This document shows positions 34,445 through 46,409 of a stretch of DNA of 64,000 nucleotides, piece by piece. The stretch covers positions 18,662,001 through 18,726,000 of the forward strand of contig NC_043009.1 of NCBI RefSeq assembly GCF_006345805.1, in the 5' to 3' direction. The notes beneath the pieces were generated by a model. That model saw only the letters and a list, made by a program, of their open reading frames with translations. It made no database searches and was not told where the DNA came from. This stretch comes from Octopus sinensis. Its lineage: Eukaryota. The position numbers and the translations under genes were made by a program. The first letter of the stretch is position 1; each line of letters starts with the position of its first letter.

Positions 34445-34605
34445 CAACAACAACAACGAAAAATACTTTGGGAATGGAACCCAGGTTCGAAATTTCCCCA
34501 AGACACCTGAAGGCTGGAGGGTATATCAGCCGAAGCGTTGTGTTAACAACAAACAAGATGAGGACAAATATCCAGCAAATGTAAATAATGTACAAAATAT
34601 GTTTT
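34325..34605 (+). mobile_element. tRNA-headed SINE: tRNA-like head, (AAT/AAC)n, hammerhead-containing tail
   Basis: Head 34325-34407 (tggcgtaattgttaagagcgc, anticodon-like loop ctactaa, gagtgcaattcc); tail with GACAC CUGA[3-nt deletion]AGGCUG..CAGCC GAAGC GUU GUGUU. Confidence 0.85.
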
Positions 34606-34819
34606 CCTGTGCTACTATTAGTTTCATGCAATGAAAGTATGGCTGACAGTATTTTTTAACAAGACTGGTATCTTAGAGCAATTTTCAGGCACTGCCCACA
34701 TGGTATAGCAAGCTACAAATAGGATGATAGGATGAGAGAAAAAGTAACAAGGGTGAGAAAGAAGTAGATATAAATGGTGGAAAGATAAAAAACCAGAATA
34801 TGAAAAGAAAATCAGAAAG

Positions 34820-35205
34820 AAGCAAAAATAGGTATAGTGAAATTATCATATAGCTGCTACCCTAATATGAAAAGCATCATTACACAAGAACAACACGAAG
34901 AGCTCACTCCCAGTTATAACTGTCAAGTCCCAGAAACCTGTCCACTCATCCAGGGATGTATGATTAAATCCATCATATATGAGGCAGAAGTTACAGCAAT
35001 TCTAGATAATAACACAACTGAGAAGAGCTATACCAGACTATGAGAAGGCGACTTCAAAAATCGCTATGCTAATCACATATTTTCCTCCCAACACTGGGAC
35101 AAAAGTAAAGCTATTAAGTTGGCTAGCCACGAATAGGGTTTAAAGTCAAATTCCACACCACATACGATAAAGTGGATAATAGTCGAAAAATTCACACCAC
35201 ATATA
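34820..35205 (+). mobile_element. PLE (Hydra-clade-like) linker and GIY-YIG fragment
   Basis: KLSYSCYPNMKSII..YNCQVPETCPLIQGCMIKSIIYEAEV..FKNRYANH..IKWII. Confidence 0.8.
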
Positions 35206-35680
35206 TGTTGTGTAGTGAAACTGTACACCCCTCTCAGTAAAAAGTGGTAGGATGCAGGTATTATAAATAGACCAGGAGCCGGTCATCAAGTGCTGAGAGT
35301 TGAAGAGTTAAGAGTCGACAGTTTTAGTTGGTATCTTGTGGAGCTATTGGCGATAGTAAGACAGAAGAAGTTGGTGTATTACTAGTCCGGTATGAAGAGA
35401 TACAACAGTATTCAATGACTAGTAACTATTGTGGTTACTAACATACAACGGCAACTACAGCACAATGGCAGTCATACATCACACCAGTGGGAGGAACCCA
35501 CTTTGCAACAGCATATCTGAAAGAACTGAGATCCTTTTCAGATTTGAGAACTTGATCACACTGCTGAATTCTAGATCCGAAATTTTCAACAGTTGTAAGC
35601 ATATGACTAAAGTCCTGTTGATGAATTGTAAAGTACCACCCTCTCTGAATTGAGCAGCTGTGCCACAGGCACTATCTTTT
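35205..35680. mobile_element. Possible LTR-retrotransposon remnant (LTR-like on +, Copia-like RT thumb fragment on -)
   Basis: + strand: TGTTG..TATAAATA..ttggtatc (PBS-like). - strand: FTIHQQDFSHMLTTVENFGSRIQQCDQVLKSEKDLSSFRYAVAKW, loosely resembling the Copia RT thumb. Confidence 0.3.
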
Positions 35681-36016
35681 TAGCCTTATATCTTATGGTC
35701 AAATCTAATCCACCCCTTTTGCTTTTTTCTCTTTTCTTTTTCATTTTCTGGATTTTCAACCTCCCACCTTTTTATATCAATTGTTCTCTTGCTTTTTCTC
35801 TCATTCTATCGTCCTATTTTTAGCTTGCAATACCATGTGGGTAGTGCCTGAAAATTGTGCTGAGACACCAGTCATGTTAAGAAATACTGTCTGACATGCT
35901 TTCATTGCATGAAACTAATATGAGCACATAAAAACATATACTGTGTTTATTAAATAGCATTTATCTCTCACCAGATGGAGTACTTTTTTTGTTGATCTTA
36001 CATTACAGAACAGTAC

Positions 36017-36052
<36 letters not shown>

Positions 36053-36079
36053 GAAAAACGGTAGTTAGGATTTGGATAA

Positions 36080-36163
36080 AAACTATTTGTTTAGTGCTTT
36101 CATCCCTTTCAGGGATTCATCATCAAATCTCTGAAAGGGACGAAAGTGCTAAATAAATAGTTT
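36080..36163. other. 38-bp hairpin with an 8-nt loop (pre-miRNA-like or palindromic MITE remnant)
   Basis: 36080-36117 pairs with 36126-36163: 33 Watson-Crick pairs, 4 G-U and 1 A-C on the + strand. Confidence 0.8.
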
Positions 36164-37922
36164 CATAATGGTGATTCAAAACTGAACTGCTACAAGTCAG
36201 TCAGACATCATTAGCAGACTACAGTAGAGGGTGAAACCACAATAGACTGGGTTTAACCAATGTGATTCAATTTTCTAGAACTTTCTGCTTGTGCCACTTT
36301 TTCTTTGCAGACTGTTGAGACCAGCTATCTCAGTCATACATCTAAACCTCTTGCAAGGCAGAATTTTGAAGTAGCTGCATGTTGTGTCTCCATTTTCATC
36401 ACATTCAGCCAATTGGAATAGATGGCCGATAGTAGACAGGGATTTTCATCACCATGTATATAGCGCAATTATTTTCCAGTTGTGATGGGCCAGCCACAAA
36501 TTACTGTATCAGTAAGCTTGTAAACTCCAAGCAGTATGTTTCTCCCAGCACGTAATTATTTCTGTTAGTATTTGTAAAAGACCAACACAGTTAAAATATG
36601 TGCCATAATAAAAACTGTTAATTGTTCACATGTGTTGTCAGTTAAGTGTTGTCATATAAACCAAGAAATATATTTTTATTCAGCAACTCAACCTGTTATC
36701 ATCACTTCAGACCAGCCAACAACAACAACCACACCAACACGACAACTCATGATAGTTTTTATTCAAATCCTGAGTGCCTTCTTTTTCTTGATATATTAAA
36801 TCTGTACATCACTGGAAGCAATCTGAATACATACATGCAAACCCCCCACACACACACACACTCACTCACTCACTCACTCACTCACACAAACATATACGCA
36901 CATATATGCAAACATATGCATTTATACATGCTTATGTGGGGTGACTGAAACAAAATATATTTTTTACAAATGTTCACTACCTTACAAAAACTATATCAGC
37001 TAAGCAAATGGTCTTCCCTAAATGCATTAAGAGCATTGATCACTATTTCAGAAAATTATTGCCATTCTCTTTGAGCATATAAAAGACAAATTTAGACAGG
37101 GCAAAATGAGTAAGGCAAGATAATGTAAATTTGTTGCTTCAGTTCTCCAAAAAATAAACTCAATACACATCAATATCCATCTCCAGACATCAGAAATGCA
37201 AAAAGAAAAATTTAAACATCTAAGTCAAATGAAAGAGGATTGGGGGAAAATGGCACATGATATGAAATTAAGGAAACTTGATCAAAAAAAAAAAAAACTC
37301 AACACAATATATTCTCTATTGCTTCTTCACAATCTGCTGGAATGTCCTCTTCATGATATATTTATACATTATGCAGTTGAAGTGAAGAAGTTATTAAAAT
37401 TAATCATTACTCAGTTTACTTCATTTTAAACATTTTTTGAAAGATGGATTAAACATAAAAGTGGAAAAAGAGGAACAATGAAAAAAAAAAAGAAAAGAGA
37501 AACACAAAAAAGAAAGAAAAGGGGGAAAACACTTGAAAATGATCAAATTAGTTACCAGTGTGGGAAAAAATTGACTTGGAATCCAACTCAGAAAAGAATA
37601 TTGATTGTTACACACTGAAAATTCTCCAGATGGTTCATTAGCAACCTTCATTACAATCTGGTGAAAGTTGAGGAAAGATTTCTTGAAAAAAGAGGACCTG
37701 TTACCTCTGCTTCAGACTCCTTAAACTTCAACAACAAAACTATTCTGACCAATTTTTACTCCTTAAAGATAAGGCAACAATACAAAATGATGATGTAATA
37801 CATGCAATGTAATCATTTCAAACAGGTTGGGAGACAATAACAAGAAATCAGAAATTATTCATTTTGCCCAGTTACTAATTTTCCCCCCACACATATGGCT
37901 GTGTGTGTGTTCATGGACTCAC

Positions 37923-38255
37923 CTGTCATAGATGACAGGTGTGGATTCTCCAAGTTCTTGCTGAACAAGCTGCACAGGTGATTTGTTTTATTGTGATCAA
38001 ATCTTTGAGCTGTAAGTTAGCTTACTCCCTCCATCAACTCAGAACTGCCTGCACACCTGATGTTGAAGTGACGGGAAAAGATGTTTTGGTTAAGAACACA
38101 GCACACTGCCCTCTATGGGCATCTCATGATCGTGAGTGCAACACCCTATAATGGCTGAAGGTTGAGTTGATAAATAATGCTGGTTTGAGTAAGGCTGCAT
38201 GTATAGATAAAGGACAAATGAGGAAACCAGGATTAAGTGCGACAGTTTATTCAAC
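37923..38255 (-). other. Candidate host exon with strong splice sites but no full-length ORF
   Basis: Donor CAG|GTGAGT at 37923/37922 and acceptor ctctttttaacag|G at 38255. All frames have stops across 333 bp; an alternative 87-bp phase 1-1 exon (37923-38009) is open. Confidence 0.25.
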
Positions 38256-39349
38256 CTGTTAAAAAGAGTTAAGACAGCAAAGCTGTTGAAATACATAGTG
38301 AAGAAATGGTCTGAATATATACACAAAGGTTTAACATGCAGTTGGTACATAATGATTGTGTATAGATTGTGGATAGAACAGGAAAAGCAAATATGAGACA
38401 TAACTTCTGCTGGAGGACAGAAACAATATACACATTGAAAGAATAGCTGAGACTGCCTCCAGAATAAAACTTATTCTTTGCCGAAGATCTAAACTCCACC
38501 ATGCAACTAAGGAGAATAGTGGGAAAGGCTTCATTAAATAGCTGATGGTAGGCTCTCAGTGAAGAGGCATAAATTGGCACATGTGACTGGTTTGGCACGT
38601 GGTCTCATTGGATGACTTAAAGCATCCAATCTGCACAAACGGTCATGTGACCACTTGTATAAAATAGGTAAAATACACCAATTGGCAACTAATTAAGTCT
38701 AGACAGCCAAATAATAAACATAGCATCTGCTACAATCCTAACCACTCAGCCACTTCATTACACACACAATGAAACATGTACACACACATATATGCATATT
38801 CTTGAAAGTTTCCAGTTCATAGAAACAAGCGTAACCACATAATACTGGGTGTTTATATGTGTATAAGTGTGTGTGTACATATATGTGTGTGCACGCATTG
38901 CAGCTGTGTGTGTATGTACACACACATGCGCATGTGCACATTTTTGCACTCTTGAAAGTAAAACACCAAGTTAATCCTGCTCAAGCACTATATCAACAAT
39001 GCTACAAATGTTAGTAATTATGGTGAAGTTCACAGCACAGAAATAGTCACATGCTTGTTTCAGTACACAGGTGCATGACTGAGTTTATAAATGGAGATAT
39101 TAAACATTCATTTTTCAGTTATATTCTGGGGAAAAAGAATATTCATGTCTTGTTTAAGTGCTCTTTCTGTTGTGTGTTTATATGTTATTATGCATTTGAA
39201 CAGTGGAAATTTGCCTGTGCAAACAACTTAATGTGCACATGTCTATGTATGTATGTATGTATGTATGTATGCATGTATGTATTATATGTGCAGATTTGTA
39301 TGTTTTGTGTATGTCTTCTCATGTATATAGTTGCATATCTAGACATGCT

Positions 39350-39720
39350 CATATATACTCAAATGATAAACTTCTGGAAAGTTCTAAGGACTTTTACAGT
39401 TCCAGTGATGGATTGGATCTGTAGTGTTTGAATCAGATTTCTCCTTTCTGGTTTTGAAAAGCCTAATTTCTCAAGATTGGTATTTAGACAGTGTGTTACG
39501 TATCCCAGTGCCCCAATAATTACAGTTATAAACCTGAACTTATAGAGTAGTTGTAGATTCCTAAATAGTTCAGCATAGGTATTTTCTTTTTCACTGACCT
39601 TTATGTTAACATCTGCTGGGCAGCTAATTTCCACAACTGTACAGAGTTTCTCTTCTCTGTCCCAAATGACTTTATCAGATCTCTTATGTATAGAGAAAGA
39701 GCCAGTTCCTAACCTAGATT
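39350..39720 (-). mobile_element. R4/Dong-like LINE 3' end (RLE domain)
   Basis: VIWDREEKLCTVVEISCPADVN..KENTYAEL..IIGALGYV..TGTVKVLRTFQKF. Confidence 0.8.
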
Positions 39721-40220
39721 CAATGCTCCTTCATTGAAATTTCAACATCAACAATTTCCAATGCATGATATCTAAAATGGGATGAAAAGAGTAATGGCTA
39801 ATTTCAATAATTTCTTCTCTTTAACAGCAGTAAGAGAGCCACTCCAGCAGATCGTGAAGAAGCTGCAAAGAATATTTCATGATGAGTTTTTAGATTTAGT
39901 TGAGTTTCATTAATTTCATATCATGTGCCATTTTTCCATGATCCTCTTTCATTTGACCTAGACATCTTAAATTTTTATCACATTTCTGATCTTTCTGGTG
40001 TTTAAGGATGTTATTTAAGTGTATGAGTCTTTTTCAAATAAAACAGTGAATTGAAGCAGTAAATTTACCTTATCTTGTCTTATTCATGTTGCCATTACCA
40101 AAATTGTCTTTTATATGCTCAAAAAGATGGCAATAATTTTCTGTAATAGAGTTCTGAATATTTCGGTTTTGGCTTTGGTTTGCAAGATTCTTTATATGAG
40201 TTCGTGTGTTGAAGTATATT

Positions 40221-40384
40221 CTGTTGTGTCTGGGGAGAATCATTTTCTTTTTGTGCCTTATAATTTAACACACTCACTGGTCAAATTTCCACTTATTTTT
40301 TATTTTAATTTTCCTAAAATTTGACCGGTGAGTGTGTTACATTATAAGGGAAAAAAAGAAACTGACTCTCCCCAGATACAACAG
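40221..40384. repeat. Fold-back of an interspersed repeat (~68-bp arms); family also at ~12775-12900 (+) and ~13440-13560 (-)
   Basis: ctgttgtgtctggggaga..ctcactggtcaaattt versus aaatttgaccggtgag..tctccccagatacaacag. Confidence 0.85.
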
Positions 40385-40769
40385 TTCTGAATATGTTATA
40401 GTGCATTCAGAGAAGGTCATTTGCTTGGCTAATATAGATTTTGTAAGGTATTGAACATTTGTAAAAAAAATTTTTTTTTTCGCGAAGTCAAAAATGCATT
40501 AAATACTCCTCATTTTGAACCCCACCCCCCTATATATTCTATATACATGAATTATGTTGACATAAGATCTGAATTAAGTAACATACATATGAATTTATTA
40601 GTTATGTCAAATGGACTTTGAAGCCTGTATTCTATGATCCCATGAATTACGTTGAGTATTGAATCAAGGATTCTATCCCAAAATACTTATGTTGACTGAC
40701 CACTAAAGGATTTATCCAGCACATACTAACATTCAGCAGTTTGGATATGGAAGCAGTATTCTACATTCA

Positions 40770-41060
40770 TGAATTTAATGACTGGGCTTTTGCTGAATTA
40801 CTAAGTTATGGGGATGTAAACACACCAACACTAGTTGTCAAATGGTGGTAAGGGACAGACACAGACACAAAGATATTCTTTTATTCTTTAGTTGAACCCA
40901 TTGCCCCCAGAAGTTATTCTTTGTAAGCCAAGTACTTATTCTATCAGTCTCTTTTGCCAAACCTGTAAGTGTACAGGAATGTAAACACACACACACAAGC
41001 ATCAGTTGTCAAGCGATGATGAGCGGGGGGGGGGGACAGACACACAAACATATACATGTA
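40770..41060 (-). mobile_element. Two tandem partial tRNA-SINE 3' halves
   Basis: gtaaacacacc..gttgtcaa..gacagacac motif twice, matching 3878-4100. Confidence 0.7.
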
Positions 41061-41065
41061 TATAT

Positions 41066-44000
41066 CATCATCATCATCATCGATCAACATCCGTTTTCCA
41101 TGGGTAGGACGGTTCGACCAGGATCTGGGAAGCCAGGAGGCTGCACCAGGCTCCAGTCTGATCTGGCAGTGTGTCTACAGCTGGATGCCCTTCCTAACGC
41201 CAACCAGGGGCCAGAGGAGGCTGGAAACAGCCATGATTGGTTGGTGCTTTTTACGTGCCACTGGCACGGACGCCAGTCAAAGCTGCACTGGCCACATTCG
41301 GATGGTGCTTTTTACGTGCCACCAGCATGGGTATCATAACTACAATTTCCTTTTGATTTTTATTTTGATGTTGATTTACTTGACACAATGTCTCCTCAAG
41401 CACAGCAGGTCACCCTACAATCCAAAGTAAGCACATCAGGCTGTCCTGCAAGCCATGAACTCACTTCATTTGTCGGGTCTTCGCAGTCACAGCATATCTC
41501 CAGAGGTCTCGGTCTTTCGTCATTGCTTCTGTGAGGCCTCAACGTTCAAAGGTCATGCTTCACCACCTCATCTCATGTCTTCCTGGGTCTACCTCTACCC
41601 CAGATTCCTTCAACTGTTTGGGAGCAGCACTTCTTCATACATGTCTCCTCATCCATCTGTAGTACATGACCATACCAACGCAAACGTCTCTCTTGCATGC
41701 CACATCTGATGCGTCTTATGTCCAACATTTCTCTTAGAGCGCTTACACTGTCGTGTATGCACATTGACATTACACATCCAGCAGATCATGCTAGTTTCGT
41801 TTCTTTCGAGCCTACACATGTTCTCTGCAGTCACAGCCCATGTTTCACTGCTGTGAAACATGGCAGTTCGCACACATGCGTTGTACAATCTACCTTTCAC
41901 CCTGAGCGAGAGACCCTTTGTCACCAGTAGAGGTAGAAGTTTTCTAAACTTTGCCCAGGCTATTCTTATTCAAGTGGTAACACTCTCTGAGCATCCACCC
42001 CCACTACTAACTTGGTCACCTAGGTAGCAGAAGTTTCTCTACCTGGAGTGTGATGGAATCTGTTTTCTAAGTCTCTGAGGTGTCTATTGCCCCTGTGCAT
42101 CTGCCACACACAAAAGCTATCTTCTCAATTAATTTTCCTTTGATCTTGCTGCACCTCTTATGTGTCCATAGCTTACACTGGGTACATCTTATGGAGTTTC
42201 TACCTACACCTTTTCTACAGATCGAGCAGAGCCACCTACCTGAGGGGGTGTGTGATGAGTTCGCCTTCCTACTTACTAGAACTTTGGTCTTTGCTACATT
42301 GACTCTAAGGCTTTTTGATTCTAAACCTTGTTTCCACACCCAAAATTTCTTTTCTAGTTCCGGTAGTGATTCTGCTATGAGAGCCAGGTCATCAGCATAG
42401 AAGAGCTCCCAGGGGCAACCTGTTTTGAATTCCTCTGTTATTGCCTGGAGGACTATGATAAATAAAAGGGGACTGAGGGCCGAACCTTGGTGGACCCCTA
42501 CTTCTACCTGGAATTCTTCGCTATACTCATTGCCAATCCTAACCTTACTAGCAGCCTCTCTGTAAAGGGCCTGTACAGCCCTTATTAACCATTTGTCTAT
42601 CTCCAGTTTCCACATCGCCCACCAGATAAGGGATCAGGGGACCCTGTCAAAGGCTTTCTCCAAGTCCACAAAAGCTAAGTATAGAGGTTTATCCATAGCA
42701 AGGTATTTCTCCTGCAGTTGTCGAACTAGGAATATGGCATCAGTGGTGCTTCTACCCAGCACAAAACTGAACTGCATCTCATCTAAGCAGACACTCTCCC
42801 TAATGACATGGGCTATGACCCTCTCCGTGACCTTCATCACCTGATCCAGCAGTTTGATACCCTTGTGGTTATTTCTATCTAGAGCATCACCTTTACCCTT
42901 GTAGCAGTTGACTATGGTGCTGCTATGCCAGTCATTGGGTATGATTCCATTATGGACTACAATGCGGTTGACTAGGCCATAGCCCACAACACCAGATGTT
43001 TTAAGCATCTCAGCAGGGATTCCTGATAGGCTGGGGGCTTTTCCTGACTTCATACCCTTGATTGCTTTATCTACTAGGGAGCTGTCTATTCGGATAGCTG
43101 GTCTCTCTACTGGATCAACATTTCGCAGACTCTCCTTCTCCAATTCATTCTCCACATTCAGCAGTCTTTCATAATGACTTCTCCAAGCCTCTTTCTTTTC
43201 AGAATCATTAAAAGCAAGTGCGGACATATTTCTCTCCTGTGACATCACACACTGTTTTGCAATTCTAAATACCTCAGTTCTTTGGTCCTCACGTTGCTAG
43301 ACATTGGCAAGCTTCTTCTTTTCCACTTCGCCCTTGGCTATGTATACCTGCTGCCCAGCCTCCCTTTTGGCTACCGGGTACAGTTCCCTGCTACCCCCAC
43401 CCTTCCAGGCTTTCCAGGCCTGTTTCTTTGCTCTAATGGCTTTGTTTACCATACTATTCCACCACCATGTAACTGTAGATCTAGAAGGGACTTTGCACCA
43501 TCCACAGACTTGGTCTGTGGCACTCGGCAAGCTGTCCTGTAGGAATTTCCAGCTACCTTCTATGTCCAATGTCAGTAGCACCTCCTCCTTCTCCTCAAAT
43601 TTCTTGATTAGGATGTCCCTAAATCTCTGACCATGTGAAGAGTTCTTTATCTTCCTAATCCTTCTTTTTTGGATTGGTCTGCTTCTTGGTATCCTGGCCT
43701 TGTGCCTAAAGTCACTAATGACTAGCCTATGCTGGGGGGTACATTCTTCACCCAGGAGGGTCTTTGCATTTAAGAGCAACCCTGCGTCCCGCTGTCTGGT
43801 GAGGATGAAATTAATCTGGATAGCAGAGTCCCCTGATTGATAGGTTATAAGGTGGCTGTCTGGCTTCCTGAAGTTAGTGTTGCAGATTAAAAGGTTACAT
43901 GCATCACAGAAGTCGGGTTCCAATACCATGGCCACCATATACCCCAGTGAAGATACCAGATTCCCACCCAACATGCCCATTAAAGTCTCCAGCCACAAAG

Positions 44001-44310
44001 ATGAGGTCATTGCCACCCGTCTTTGAGGTAGCCTGTATAAGGGTATCATAAAAGTGGTCCTTCTGATGATTTGGTAGCCCCGCATGTGGGACGTAGGCAG
44101 AGATAATTGTAGCTGTGCTGTTCTGCAGGACTAGCCTGAGCTTAAGCACTCTATCACATACCCTAACAACCTCTATGACTTTATCCACCCATTTTTCCAC
44201 AAGGTGTATGCCTACACTCCCTACACCATCCATGTTACCTTGCCAGAAGACTTTATACCTATGTGCCTTGTCTGTGAGAACCCTACCTGAAGCTCATCTC
44301 CATCTTACCT
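41066..44310 (-). mobile_element. Near-full-length RTE-clade LINE (APE, RT with inserted PHD-like finger, 3'UTR, (GAT)n), disrupted
   Basis: APE: GVGSVG..IISAYVPH..GDFNGHVG..NTNF. RT: KSGKAP..GIKLLDQVMKV..STTDAIF..FVDLEKAFDRVP..GVHQGSALSPLLF..FYADDL. C-terminus ERRLRWYGHV. Several frameshifts. Confidence 0.95.
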
Positions 44311-44331
44311 CTTGTATGCAGCAATAAGGTT

Positions 44332-44468
44332 TATTTCAGTTTCTGTCTACCAAATACACTCACAAGGATTTGGTTGGTCTGAAGCTATAGAAGACACTTG
44401 CCTAAGATACCACACAGTGGGACTGAACCCGGAACTATGTGGTTGGTAACAGCCACTCCTGTGCCTAT
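44332..44468 (-). mobile_element. tRNA-SINE 5' half
   Basis: Matches 4125-4281. Confidence 0.8.
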
Positions 44469-45260
44469 ATATATATATATATATATAATATATATATATG
44501 TGTGTGTGTGTGAGAAAAAATAAGTTTAAAAAAAAAACCAATCCAAACTTTTTGAAGGATCCAAAAAGAGAGAAAAAGTAATTTCCAATAAAAATGAAAA
44601 TAACAATTGAAAAAGATGCCATAAACAAGTATAAAAATGGAGAAAAAATGTTAAAATCAAAATTGGATTTAATACAAAAGACAATACAAATATGTAAGAA
44701 TAATAATAATAATAATGATAATAATAATAATAATAATAATAATTATAATTAAAGTTATGCATTGTCATTCTCATCAGTGTGAAGAATTTAAGGAAGAACA
44801 TCAAAAAGGTTATTAATAAAAGTCAATAAGGAAAAACAGAGTAATTGGGAAAAGTTCAACCGGATATTTACAAACAAGTTGTAAAAGGGAAAAATAATAA
44901 TAGGAGAGACGAAAAAGAAAGACATATCATTGTGTATGCAAGTCTATCTGTGCAAAAATCTATAACTTAAAAAGTCTAACGGATATATTTTTAAAAAACA
45001 TAGCAAAAGATCGAGATGAACCATAATGTAAACAACCACACGTGTGTCTAGCACATATAAACAACACATTCACTAACAGAAAAAAGCCATAGAGAGTCAC
45101 ACATATGCATATTTATATTGAAAATGGAAAAATCTATTACAAGAAGTGTCTAGCTAAATAATAAACTATATTTAAAATTGATTCAATATTTGAACAGTTA
45201 TGGGTATTAAGCAACAACAAATCTCTGACCGAGATATAAACTGTAGCAGCAACACAACAT

Positions 45261-45369
45261 TGTGAAGTATATTTGGCACTTAAATGTGGCTAACCCATAT
45301 GGGACGATACTACCATAGTTTATAGCTCCATATGGGTCAGCCACAGTTAAGTGGCAAATATACTTCATA
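45261..45369. other. Hairpin with ~42-bp arms abutting the (TA)n array
   Basis: tgaagtatatttggcacttaaatgtggctaacccatatgg versus ccatatgggtcagccacagttaagtggcaaatatacttca; 3 differences. Confidence 0.85.
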
Positions 45370-46383
<1,014 letters not shown>

Positions 46384-46409
46384 GGGCTTCTTTCAATTTC
46401 TGTCTACCA

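Noticed and set aside
39825-39900. Possible + strand exon after ttcttctctttaacag (also 51921 and 56290)
   Set aside because: No recognisable domain and no convincing paired donor.
44760-44790. CTGATGAG hammerhead start on the minus strand
   Set aside because: Truncated by an (AAT)n tract; no GAAA half is present.
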